Source: Perkinsela sp. CCAP 1560/9 (taxonomy: Eukaryota; Protista; Euglenozoa: Kinetoplastea). Taken from it: 27,674 nt of DNA. The notes below the pieces were generated by a model. That model searched no databases, was not told the origin of the DNA, and worked only from the letters and a program-made list of their open reading frames with translations. The position numbers and the translations under genes are program-made. The stretch lies in NCBI GenBank assembly GCA_965644495.1, contig CBFFSA010000070.1:1-27674 (forward strand), in the 5' to 3' direction. Shown one piece after another: positions 11,777 to 21,008 of this stretch. Position 1 is the stretch's first letter. Each line of letters starts with the position of its first letter.

Positions 11777-11929
11777 GTACAGAAACTGGATCTTTATCTT
11801 TGGTGCGACGATTCTTGACCCCCCTAGCCCAAAAGAACACTTTTTTTTTTAGTTTTTTTCATTTTTTTGCAATTAATAAGGGGGTAGAAGTATGAATCGC
11901 GGCATTGCCTCTATATTTTGACCCAGTAG
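11777..11929 (-). other. Second SL-like core plus conserved upstream block (paralog of 8589-8729)
   Basis: GATAAAGATCCAGTTTCTGTACC and block CTACTGGGTCAAAATATAGAGGCAATGCCGCGATTCATACTTCT match 8589-8611 and 8686-8729. Confidence 0.6.
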
Positions 11930-12144
11930 TTCCCCCGCCGACCGAAGGCCCAACCCCCCGTACCGCTTTTCGCGTTGCGCCTGGCGTCGCGCCCCATCAC
12001 TCAAAGGACGGAAGAAGTGTTCAATAATTTATTTTTAGTTTTTTTCATTATTATTATTATTTTTTTTTTATTTTTTTTTAGCCAGTCAGGTTTAGCCCTG
12101 AGTCCCAGCAAACTACATGAATAGATATGTACAAAAATATTGTT

Positions 12145-13377
12145 TCACTCGTCATGCATAGCATGACCTTCAGACTCACTCGAAACGAAATCATCGCCGC
12201 TGGTATAGTCTGATGGACAGCTGCTCAAACTCACACTGTCGTCGAAGTCATCTACGTCCGAGCCGTAGTACTCAAGAAAACACCCCAAGAGGTTGGAAAG
12301 TCGAGTTTGCCAAGCAGTCTCTCGCCCGTTGTGAACTTCCCCCAACTTCACACACTGAAGGGCCACATTTCGCATCAATTCCAAGGAAGAAGCCCCAAAG
12401 TTGTAATGCTGCTTCCTCACCCAGTCTTTAATGATGCGATGCGACCCTTCAGCGGTGTTAGTGTGGTAGCCTTGGGAGTTCACAAACTCCACGCTATGAT
12501 TCACAGCGTGGTGGCGACAAAAGTCCCCCAGAGTGGAATACGCCCCCCAACAGTCACTGACAACCACAGCCCGTACACTCGTCAAGTGCGGCAGGATGAA
12601 GTTATGCAGCGTTTCCGTGTCTCGACGCTTGACTAACTTCCAATGGGTTCTTCCCATTTCTTGTCCACGTATCTCCGTGACGGTGGCAAACCACCATCCC
12701 CTTTTCCGCTGCCGCCTCCCACGCTGATACTTTCTCTTTCCAATGAACGTTTCGTCCACTTGGATGCGAGAAAACACGTATTGCTCGGACTGCTCTTGGG
12801 AAAGCGCAGCATTGGCCGCGGAGTGTAACACTTCCTGGACTGTTTTTCTACCCACCCCTCGGCTGTGGCAGATTTGGCCAGTACAAAGCTGATTCGCAAT
12901 GTCTGCCCAAAGAAGTAAAAGGATGGTGGGAGTTAGATGGCTCCGCAAAGAAACATATGGCTCAAATTTTCCCATCTTTATTCGACAGGGGTTCCGCATT
13001 CCAGGCTCCTTAAACATGCAAATCATATAATTCTTCCCCGGTACGGACGCCATCTTTTCCGTTCCATGCTTTCGGCACGATGGCGGAGTCAAAAAACCAT
13101 GGCAGCTCATCCAGCTTTCGGCATCCGCGCCAAGAGGAATGTCTTGCATACTGCGCCAACGCTTGACACAGTTAAAAGCAGGGCATCCGTTACAAAGCGG
13201 GCGCAACGGCACATCACGCCATAAAGTTGGGTTGAGGTAACGTGGGTCAGGAGGTACTGCCGGGCCATCTCCTAGAGGTCCTCGCCGGTGTTCTCGGTAC
13301 GTGGCAGCCTCGAGAAGAGAAATGAAACTTCTGAGAATAGCGTCAGGATCCTGCTGATTGTTGTTGTTATTGTTCAT
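12145..13377 (-). CDS. Merlin/ISXO2-like DDE transposase, 410 aa
   Basis: IQVDETFIGKRKYQRGR, VVSDCWGAY, VNHSVEFV...HTNTAEG; uninterrupted ORF. Confidence 0.92.
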   Translation of the reverse strand: MNNNNNNQQDPDAILRSFISLLEAATYREHRRGPLGDGPAVPPDPRYLNPTLWRDVPLRPLCNGCPAFNCVKRWRSMQDIPLGADAESWMSCHGFLTPPSCRKHGTEKMASVPGKNYMICMFKEPGMRNPCRIKMGKFEPYVSLRSHLTPTILLLLWADIANQLCTGQICHSRGVGRKTVQEVLHSAANAALSQEQSEQYVFSRIQVDETFIGKRKYQRGRRQRKRGWWFATVTEIRGQEMGRTHWKLVKRRDTETLHNFILPHLTSVRAVVVSDCWGAYSTLGDFCRHHAVNHSVEFVNSQGYHTNTAEGSHRIIKDWVRKQHYNFGASSLELMRNVALQCVKLGEVHNGRETAWQTRLSNLLGCFLEYYGSDVDDFDDSVSLSSCPSDYTSGDDFVSSESEGHAMHDE

Positions 13378-13533
13378 GATGAAAAGCAGAACTGAGTAAA
13401 AAGGAAGCGCTGAGACTAAAAAGAATGGGGTTCACCGCATATTTGTTGAGCCTTTCGCAACATAGGAAAACAAATTCACAATCCTGCGGAAGGGGTAGAC
13501 ACAGATTCTCAGTGCGCGACCCGCGCGCTGGAG

Positions 13534-13701
13534 AAACTACGAAATTCAGTGAGCTTCGCAAATTGCTTCCCACTAACGACGCACAGGGGAATCCTACGTG
13601 GGGTACGGCTCAGGCCCGCTGACGCGGGCCTTCGCCGTTTCGCGGCCGCGCGCACCCCCGCTCACGCGGGGGCCCCCGCGCGGCCAAAATGGGTACTAAA
13701 A
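13534..13701 (+). repeat. ~170-bp GC-rich dispersed repeat, second copy at 25318-25486
   Basis: AAACTACGAAATTCAGTGAGCTTCGCAAATTGC...GCGGCCAAAATGGGTACTAAAA is near-identical at both sites. Confidence 0.9.
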
Positions 13702-14051
13702 CGAAGTTTAAGTTAAGTTAACGAAGTTAACGAACAGTTGGCCTTGCTCGCAAACGGGGGCTTTTGCCACCAGTAGTGGGCTTCGCTCACAGTTGGGCCT
13801 TGCTTGCAGGCGTGGGCTTCGCTCACAGTTGGGCCTTTCTTCCTCCTCCCTCTAAGGTCCTGCAGATTTTTTGAGCTGGAGCGCACGGGTCGCCAAAAAA
13901 TATTATTATGTCCCAGGGCTACGCTCACAGTTGGCCCTTCGCAAAAAATTGATAAAATACGAAAAATTGAAAAAGTCAAAAACACCTTCGATGAGTACTC
14001 ATCGTAAGTTGTAGACTTTCGATGAGTACTCATCGAAGGTCCCCCCTAGCC

Positions 14052-14575
14052 ATCATTTCATCACGGCGATGCATGAAACTAGGTATGTCAGATTGGGCTA
14101 AGCATTCGCTGCCATGAATCCGACCCTCGAAAGGTCCACTCCAGGCCAAAGGGCAACCGTCCATCATGAGAAGAACTTGAAATGCCCAATACTTCGCGGC
14201 CTTTTTCGCGTTATATAATTCACTGGGCCCACGGCTGTACATGGGGACGCCGTCGAGTATACTTAACACCATGCAAAATGCTTTTTCTCGGATAGAAAAT
14301 CTTCTCTCTGTGTCGGCCAGATTGCCAGCCTCATCAGAAAGCTTCAAGGCCGGCTGAATAAATTTTTTCCATATATGGGGTGCTGAATAATGGCCCCCCA
14401 CATAAGGAATGAGAACAGCCGCTGCTTGTTCATGGGTCAGATTCAAATGAAGCATTGCCAGAGCGCAGAACACGTCAAGCGTGGGGCTTTTTAAAGATAT
14501 GCTCAGCTCTACAACCACATCAGAACAATACCCGGTAAAAGCGTGTGAAACGTCTTTCCAGGGAAGAAGTATCAT
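14052..14575 (-). pseudogene. N-terminal half of the split Harbinger/DDE_Tnp_4 transposase
   Basis: ILDGVP, LYNAKK..YWAFQV, GPFEGRIH, HRRDEM. It joins in frame to 5889-5301 once the insertion is removed. Confidence 0.85.
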
Positions 14576-14777
14576 ATCGAGAAGTTGAAAATGAGAAAAG
14601 TATCTCTGTTGTCATTCAAAAGTTTAGTGATTTTTGCTCAATATTTTCTGCTTTACTGACAGTAACTAGCGTTTCATATTCTGTACTTTGGCTTCAATAT
14701 TCTTACTACTTCAGACTTCCAAATCCAAACTTACTACTTCATCCAAATTTTCTTTATTGAATAAATAAACAATCGGG

Positions 14778-15746
14778 TTATCGTAAACCCGACTGATCAT
14801 ACAACTTACTCTTTCCTGTCGTCTTGGTTTTAGACTCTTCGCTTTCTGCGATCCGGGATTTCGCAATTACTGCTTGTTTCAGTAATGCGATCTGGGCTCT
14901 CATGTCGTCTGTCTCGCGACGATGAGAAAGTTGAGCCTCAGTTAATCTTTCAACCTTGGCTTCAAGACCGCTAGTCACCGCTTGCAACTTTTCTACTTCA
15001 GCGAGCGCCTTTGCTGCCTCGGTCTGACTTACAGAAACCGCGCCGCGTAGAAGTCGATTTTGTTCTCGATGTCTTTTCGACGCCGCAACGGTCTCTCCAC
15101 GAAACCCTCGCCAAAGAGTTCGGAACCATTCTGCAATGGTCTCTTGGCCTTTGCTGGATGGCTCATACAACCCTGGGTAGGCTTTCGCCAGGAAGGCACC
15201 TAGGTTTTGCGAGAGTACATCTGTGGGGAGCTCGATGGAGGGGAGTGACCATTGACCCCCGTGTTGCCACCGCCAATAACTTGGCATCTCTTCCTCTCGA
15301 ACACCATTTAGCACGTTGCATTTGGCGTCGGAAAAGAACAACAAGCCTACCTGGCGATATTTTGCAATGAGGATGATACCCTCGAGAAGGATTTCTTCGT
15401 CCAGTGTAACACCACACAAAGTGTTGTGAATACTGGGAACTGAAGAAGTGGTGAGCTGATGATGACGGTTGTTTAACCATGTCACGGCCCTCGAAATAAT
15501 ATCGTCCTCGAGACGATCCATGATTTCTTGAGGAGGAAGTCTGTCAGGGGCAAATTGGGCGCTGTTTCGTTCCTCCTGAGTCATCTTGAGATACTCCAAA
15601 CCTCTCTCCGCTCTTTTCAAAGGAATGTGGAGTACCTTCTTTAAGGTGTGTTGCACCCAATTTCTTAATCGATCAAATTTTTCCGAGTCTGCATGTCCGT
15701 AGGAACACGCCTCTACCTCACTATCCTTGGGGGGCAAATCGTCCAT
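14778..15746 (-). CDS. Second ORF of the Harbinger element (unknown; putative DNA-binding/accessory protein with C-terminal coiled coil)
   Basis: Likely ATG at 15746 (MDDLPP), 322 aa, lying inside the TIRs. Heptad-like region AEVEKLQAVTSGLEAKVERL. Confidence 0.65.
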   Translation of the reverse strand: MDDLPPKDSEVEACSYGHADSEKFDRLRNWVQHTLKKVLHIPLKRAERGLEYLKMTQEERNSAQFAPDRLPPQEIMDRLEDDIISRAVTWLNNRHHQLTTSSVPSIHNTLCGVTLDEEILLEGIILIAKYRQVGLLFFSDAKCNVLNGVREEEMPSYWRWQHGGQWSLPSIELPTDVLSQNLGAFLAKAYPGLYEPSSKGQETIAEWFRTLWRGFRGETVAASKRHREQNRLLRGAVSVSQTEAAKALAEVEKLQAVTSGLEAKVERLTEAQLSHRRETDDMRAQIALLKQAVIAKSRIAESEESKTKTTGKSKLYDQSGLR

Positions 15747-15998
15747 ACGGAATATGTTCGAAAAAAGTATCGTTATAAAACGGGATTCTAAAAAAGATAA
15801 AAGAGATGATAAAATATGAAATGTACCAATATAAATTATATACGTCCCTATAAAAAATATATGAGAAATTATGAGTTTGCCAATATGTAGGTATTGAGAA
15901 AAAATAAAAGAGGAAAAATACATAAAAAAATTCACCCCTCCCCTAACTCAGCCGCACCCGGACGCACCCAGACGCACCCACCTGTTTCAACCCTCTGA

Positions 15999-16071
15999 GT
16001 AGTCCAGTTGGTAAAGGGGTTCCATTTTGACGCTGGATGTCCGCGGTTCGATTCCCGGCATCGACATTTTT
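15999..16071 (+). other. Degenerate tRNA-like / Pol III promoter sequence
   Basis: A-box TAGTCCAGTTGG, B-box GGTTCGATTCC and a terminal T5 run. Stems are imperfect and the anticodon cannot be assigned. Confidence 0.45.
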
Positions 16072-16458
16072 AAACAAAAAAACTTATATGCTCAAAATCG
16101 CGAAAAAAACAAATTCGGAACGATTTTTTTTTCAGATTTTTTTTCTTGAAAAAAGTGGCCAGCTGGCCACCAAAAACACGGTTTGCATTTTGTATATATG
16201 AGGGGCTGCGGGTGACGCTAACCGCGGTCTCGCACGGTCTCGGCGCGGTCTCGCCTGGTCTCGGCGCGGTCTCGCGCGGTCTCATATTTGTAAAAGGGTA
16301 TAATGATATTTTAGGGATTGTCAAATAGTTTTCGTTTATAGTATACGTCTAAGCAATTTCAATCGCAATTTCGTCTACGCAATTTCAATAGGAATAAATA
16401 GAGCGAGGTTGAACACAGACCAAGACTGATATTAAAAGATCAATAAAACTAAACCAAT

Positions 16459-17466
16459 TTACTTCTTTCGCTTCCGCGGTTTTCTAGGTTCGTAGGGCAC
16501 ATAATTTATGTGTTCCTTGAGCAAGTCGCGACTTACACCAGTTTTCTCGACAACTTCGCATCCCTCACTGCACCAACATTTATTCAAATGGTCAATCTTT
16601 CGGAGAGACGCATTCACCCCAGTATCAAAGTCGTACTGCGGCTCTCCGGCCAACAGTCCGTACGCCAACACAGATACTATCTGAACAGCATCTTTGATCC
16701 AGGAAAGATCATGATCTGTTGCCCAGAAAAAACGAAACTTGTCCACATGGGCAAAGAAACGCTCTACACGAGAGCGCACTAATGCGAGCCTCTCGTTGAC
16801 GCGTAATTGATCGTCCTCAAGCATTCCCTTGTTTGGAGTTTTGTATGGGACCAAACAATGATAACAACCAACATACCCCAGGTCGGCCAGAAAGATTTCA
16901 TCTTTGTGATGCTCAAAGAGGTATGTTCCATGAGTCATCGTGTCTTGATAAATCCTTGCATCGTGCACACTTCCAACTACGGGTCCACGAAAAAAGATAG
17001 GAACTCCGGCCAGTGTGAGCCAAAATTCAATTTTAAAACAGTGTTCTCCGTGCTTCCCAGAGTAAGTCGAATCCTTCCGTTTAACAGTCTGACTACGGGG
17101 ATCAAATTTCATATGAGGTTTTTTTGCTCGACAAGGGATGGTGGTAACGTCTAGCATACACGTCACTTCGCTAAGCCACGGGACACCATGACGAAATCTC
17201 AGCGAAGGATTCATCAACGAGGGTGAACGACACAGGTCCGCGATGCGATGAAAATTCTCGCGCAGGTTTCGTACGGAAACTGGGAGATCCTCTGGCCCCG
17301 TCCATATGACTTGCAAATCACTCAATTGTTCCCAAGAACAATTCAGTGCACATAAGCAAAGGGAAGACTTCAACCTCCTTAGATCAGTGCTTGTTACGTT
17401 AGTTCCATGCACCGCTTGCAGTTCCGCGTAAAATTGCGCAAGCTGTTCTCGGGTCACGCCATACAT
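16459..17466 (-). CDS. DDE_Tnp_4 (PIF/Harbinger/ISL2EU-like) transposase, 335 aa
   Basis: MLDVTTIP, YSGKHGEHCFK, GSVHDARIY, FLADLGY, RSRVERFFAH; basic NLS-like C-terminus PRKPRKRKK. Confidence 0.88.
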   Translation of the reverse strand: MYGVTREQLAQFYAELQAVHGTNVTSTDLRRLKSSLCLCALNCSWEQLSDLQVIWTGPEDLPVSVRNLRENFHRIADLCRSPSLMNPSLRFRHGVPWLSEVTCMLDVTTIPCRAKKPHMKFDPRSQTVKRKDSTYSGKHGEHCFKIEFWLTLAGVPIFFRGPVVGSVHDARIYQDTMTHGTYLFEHHKDEIFLADLGYVGCYHCLVPYKTPNKGMLEDDQLRVNERLALVRSRVERFFAHVDKFRFFWATDHDLSWIKDAVQIVSVLAYGLLAGEPQYDFDTGVNASLRKIDHLNKCWCSEGCEVVEKTGVSRDLLKEHINYVPYEPRKPRKRKK

Positions 17467-17789
17467 GAATGCCTCTATGACAGTACTAGCTATGAAATTG
17501 AATTATGTTATGCTAAAGTATGTTATGTTATGTTATGGGCTAGAGGGTAAAAACACGACTTGCAGATTAGGTAAAATGGGATTTGAGGTGAACAATAAAC
17601 ATCCGCTTTGACACACTTAAAACCATCACGAATAATAAGCAGAACTTAAAATATTATCTTCTCTCTTTCTCCTTCAACTTTTCCTCAACGCGTCCTTTTT
17701 AGTTCAGCCGCGGGAACGAGACTACACGGTCTGATGTTCTTATTTCCTTCGCCGTATATAGAGAGAAAAATAATGTGCAGGTCCGAGTG

Positions 17790-18340
17790 GTACAGTGTGT
17801 AGCTACAGTGGCCCTTGAGAGAGTGAGAGCAGTGCCACGTGAGGCAGTGATTGCACAGTGATGCAGTGCAGCTGCAGTGGCACGTGCCAGAGTAAGTGCA
17901 CTGCCATGTGAGGCAGTGACTGCAGTGATGCAGTGTAGCTGCAGTGGCACGTGAGAGAGTAAGTGCACTGCCACGTGAGGCAGTGACTGCAGTGATGCAG
18001 TGTAGCTGCAGTGGTACGTGAGAGAATAAGTGCACTGCCATGTGAGGCAGTGATGCAGTGCAGCTGCAGTGGCACGTGCGAGAGTAAGATTACTGCCACG
18101 TGAGGCAGTGAATGCAGTGTAGATACAGTGGAATGTGAGAGAGTCAGTGACTGCAGTGTAGCTACAGTGGCACGTGAGAGAGTAAGATTACTGCCACGTG
18201 AGGCAGTGACTGCAGAGATGCAGTGCAGCTGCAGTAGCACGTGAGAGAGTGAGAGTACTGCCACGTGAGGCAGTGACTGCAGTGTAGCTGCAGTAGCACG
18301 TGAGAGAGTGAGAGTACTGCCACGTGAGGCAGTGACTCAC
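17790..18340 (+). repeat. ~67-bp CAGTG-rich satellite
   Basis: Unit GTGAGGCAGTGACTGCAGTGATGCAGTGTAGCTGCAGTGGCACGTGAGAGAGTAAGTGCACTGCCAC, ~8 variant copies. Confidence 0.9.
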
Positions 18341-18383
18341 GTTGAGTGAGTCCACTGAGTGAGTCCCACGGGGGTGGGAGAGT

Positions 18384-18661
18384 GTTGTGGAAGAGTGGCC
18401 AGCTGGCCATGTTGTGGAAGGGTGGCCAGCTGGCCATGTTGTGGAAGTGACCATGTTTTGGAAGTGGCCATCTTGTGGAAGTGACCATGTTTTAGAAGTG
18501 GCCAATTTGTGGAAGGGTGGCCAGCTGGCCATGTTGTGGAAGGGTGGCCAGCTGGCCATGTTGTGGAAGGGTGGCCAGCTGGCCACCAAAAACACGGTTT
18601 GTGCTTCGTCGAAAAGTGGCCAGCTGGCCACCAAAAACACGGTTTGCATTTTGTATATATG
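18384..18661 (+). repeat. 27-bp tandem repeat with palindrome TGGCCAGCTGGCCA; terminal 50 bp duplicated at 16151-16200
   Basis: GTTGTGGAAGGGTGGCCAGCTGGCCAT units; 18612-18661 equals 16151-16200. Confidence 0.88.
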
Positions 18662-19137
18662 TAGAGAAAAAAAACGAGCAGGGTTATACTATTCTCAGAG
18701 AGAGCTATTCTCAGAGAGAGGGTGGGACAGGAGAGACACAGAGCGTGGATGTGTAGAAAAAGAAGGGCATGGAAAGGTGGGCGGTAGAAATAAAGGAAAG
18801 AGAAAGAGAATCACTCCGGCCAGGGGCACTGCTAGCATACTTTGAAAGCTTTGTTTGATGATTTAGGCTAGTAGTGTTGGGGCTTAGCGCACCCCGCCGC
18901 CCGAGCTAAGACACTTCACTATAGTGGTACAAGTAGGAAATTGAATCATTACTGTATTAGTAATGAAAAAGCCACTTTTGGAGGAAGACTGCCATGAAAG
19001 GAATTTGAAATTTTGTATGGTTTGACAATGTATGAAAAGTGAAGTTGGCGTTTACGAGGTTGAAGTGTGTTAAGGTACAGTAATAGAGCGGCATTTCGTG
19101 CTAGAGTAATTTCAAAACCTTTTTTTATTCCTCTAGT

Positions 19138-20154
19138 ATGCCGAAAAAGAGACATACCCACCTGTCGTCTCACGAGAGTCAAAAAATACGTTGCAATATT
19201 TGCGGATGCTTTAGTTTGCAAAGAAATATGAAGCGGCACATGCGGGAGAAGCATTGCAAAGATGGTGAGGAAATGTATGATGTTCAGAAAGTAGAAGGAA
19301 GCGTTAACGTTGCACTTTACATGTGCGATGTTTGCAATATTGAAGAAGTGAGAAAGAACGTTCAACGGCATGAGAAAGGGGAATCTCATCAAATTAGAGC
19401 CTTCTTAGCAACGTATAACAAATCCCATAGAAAGGTGCTTTTCTTACCTAGCAGGCGAGTGTTCAGATGCTCCTGCTGCAAATATAGAGGTGCTGCTTCA
19501 CTGGAAAACGTGAAACTGCATGTTTCCACCCCTGAACATAACGTAAAAATTGCCTCGTTCTCTCATGCACGCCAGAGTGAGTCAATTTACCAGAACACGC
19601 GTCCTTCCCAGGAATTTGCATTGACGGAAGAAAGTAATGCCATACAACAGAAGTGGAAACTAGCATCAATTGAAAAGGCAGAAGAATGCCCTCGATCTGC
19701 ATCACTAAAATTTTTACAGGGATCACCAATGTTTCCAAAGGATTGGAAGCAGGAATTGAAGCCTGGCACGTCTGAAGAAAAAGCTGAATGTTTTCATAAT
19801 TTCCAAAGGAATACAGAGCTTAAAGCTACGTCGTGTGGCGTGTGTGGGGTTATTGAACCTTCCCATGAGATTTTGGAAGGAATCCCTGTAAAAGACTGTG
19901 ACATGCTTCGTGCTAGCATGGATGCAAACTTAAAAGGAAAACACACGTCTTCGATAGGTGGAAATCTGTATTGCATAGATTCGGAGGCGGTGTTTGGTAC
20001 TGAGGTGCGCTCGTGTTTTCGTTGCAGGAAAAGCGTTAGACTAGGAGGCATCCCATACTTTTCGTTTAAGAACGACTGGGACTTTGGTCTGAATTTAAGA
20101 GATCTCCGTTTGCCAACATTGGGAGTTGAGAGAAAGATATCAAGTATTGGATAG
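19138..20154 (+). CDS. Triple C2H2/U1-type zinc-finger protein ending in a Helitron-like (DUF6570-type) Cys motif; probably truncated
   Basis: CNIC..H....H, CDVC..H.....H, CSCC..H.....H, then CGVCG...CFRC...IPYFSFKNDWDFG...LPTL. Confidence 0.6.
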   Translation: MPKKRHTHLSSHESQKIRCNICGCFSLQRNMKRHMREKHCKDGEEMYDVQKVEGSVNVALYMCDVCNIEEVRKNVQRHEKGESHQIRAFLATYNKSHRKVLFLPSRRVFRCSCCKYRGAASLENVKLHVSTPEHNVKIASFSHARQSESIYQNTRPSQEFALTEESNAIQQKWKLASIEKAEECPRSASLKFLQGSPMFPKDWKQELKPGTSEEKAECFHNFQRNTELKATSCGVCGVIEPSHEILEGIPVKDCDMLRASMDANLKGKHTSSIGGNLYCIDSEAVFGTEVRSCFRCRKSVRLGGIPYFSFKNDWDFGLNLRDLRLPTLGVERKISSIG

Positions 20155-20659
20155 TTCTGTGGCAACTACGATTTTTAAGAGATATGCCACATCAGTAGGG
20201 GATTTACCGGCAGAAATAAGAACAAGAATTTTCTTGGCTGACCGCACTGCCGTTCCATTCTTTTTCAATCAACACTTCGCTCTATGTGTTATCGTACCGC
20301 ATGAAAATAAAGAAGGCGGAAAGTTACTTTGGTTCGATTCCCTGCCTAACCACAATCCGAGGAGAAGAACTGAAGTGCTCTTAGATGTGCAAACTGTTGC
20401 GCAAAATATCTTTCACGGAGCACATGGCTGGGAGATTATACAGGGCTCAACCTTGGTGCAAGATGATGGCACCAATGACTGTGCTTTATTCGTTTGCCGT
20501 TGGATGATTCAGTGCGCAACTCCAGGCCTCGAAACACCTCCTGAACTGTCTCGTACGGAACTTGCTCAGATCGTCAGCCGGGAATCGGTAGAAGCGGTAT
20601 GGGCAAAAGAGCGAAGAACAAGAAATACAGTGGAACAAGAAATGTACAGTGGAAAATAG
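20126..20659 (+). CDS. Ulp1/C48-family cysteine protease domain (fragment, no ATG)
   Basis: VPFFFNQHFALCVI (His), WFDSL (Asp), QDDGTNDCALFV (Gln/Cys). Confidence 0.8.
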   Translation: MRERYQVLDSSVATTIFKRYATSVGDLPAEIRTRIFLADRTAVPFFFNQHFALCVIVPHENKEGGKLLWFDSLPNHNPRRRTEVLLDVQTVAQNIFHGAHGWEIIQGSTLVQDDGTNDCALFVCRWMIQCATPGLETPPELSRTELAQIVSRESVEAVWAKERRTRNTVEQEMYSGK

Positions 20660-21008
20660 AAAAGAAATTAGAGTAAATTGATACGAAAATCACATTCATT
20701 TTGAATACCTTCTTCGTGAGAAGAGGGTCCTCAGGCAATTATCTCTCGCCTTGACGTGGCGTCTGAGCTTAATGCCTGTTGGCTAACCAAGCAGACATAA
20801 AGAACTGTCATCGAACGAAATGTTCCGTATGCACGACCTGGTGTAAGTGTTGGGGGAACCTCGGTTCCGTCTCACTGAGCCAGTGAACGTGCCCATAGGT
20901 GCACTTTTGCATTATTAAAGTACAACATAAAGGGCTCAATGCTTAACATAAACAAGACAGACATAAACAAGTAGAATCGAACATAGACCTCCCAGAGGCA
21001 AAATGTTA

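Larger units (their letters stand above)
11481..14051 (-). mobile_element. Merlin (IS1595/IS1016-like) DNA transposon, apparently complete
   Basis: TIR GG(G/C)TAGGGGGGACCTTCGATGAGTACTCATCGAAAGTCTACAACTT at both ends; 8-bp TSD ATCATTAC (11473-11480) / ATCATTTC (14052-14059). Confidence 0.88.
5022..15995 (-). mobile_element. PIF/Harbinger-like transposon (~2.8 kb once the nested insertion is removed)
   Basis: 13-bp TIR GAGGGTTGAAACA (5022-5034; 15983-15995), 3-bp TSD TGA (5019-5021; 15996-15998), subterminal GCACCCA repeats at both ends, and two ORFs including a DDE_Tnp_4 transposase. Confidence 0.85.
16203..18902 (-). mobile_element. Candidate Harbinger/ISL2EU-like element around the intact DDE_Tnp_4 transposase
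   Basis: Imperfect 19-bp TIR (GGGCTGCGGGTGACGCTAA vs GGGCGGCGGGGTGCGCTAA, 15/19) with GAG on both sides. Boundaries are tentative. Confidence 0.35.

Noticed and set aside
6174-13224. Numerous plus-strand ORFs
   Set aside because: They are antisense shadows of the RT and transposase genes, with no motifs.
11484-14048. TA target duplication for the Merlin element
   Set aside because: The TA lies inside the TIR. The 8-bp TSD restores the host reading frame and TA does not.
15747-15935. Hydrophobic N-terminal extension of the 385-aa ORF
   Set aside because: It is an AT-rich upstream sequence from a non-ATG start, probably UTR or polypyrimidine tract.
17790-18661. CRISPR-like array
   Set aside because: The units are contiguous with no unique spacers, and there are no cas genes. 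The same applies to 3198-3497, 5941-6059 and 23652-23842.
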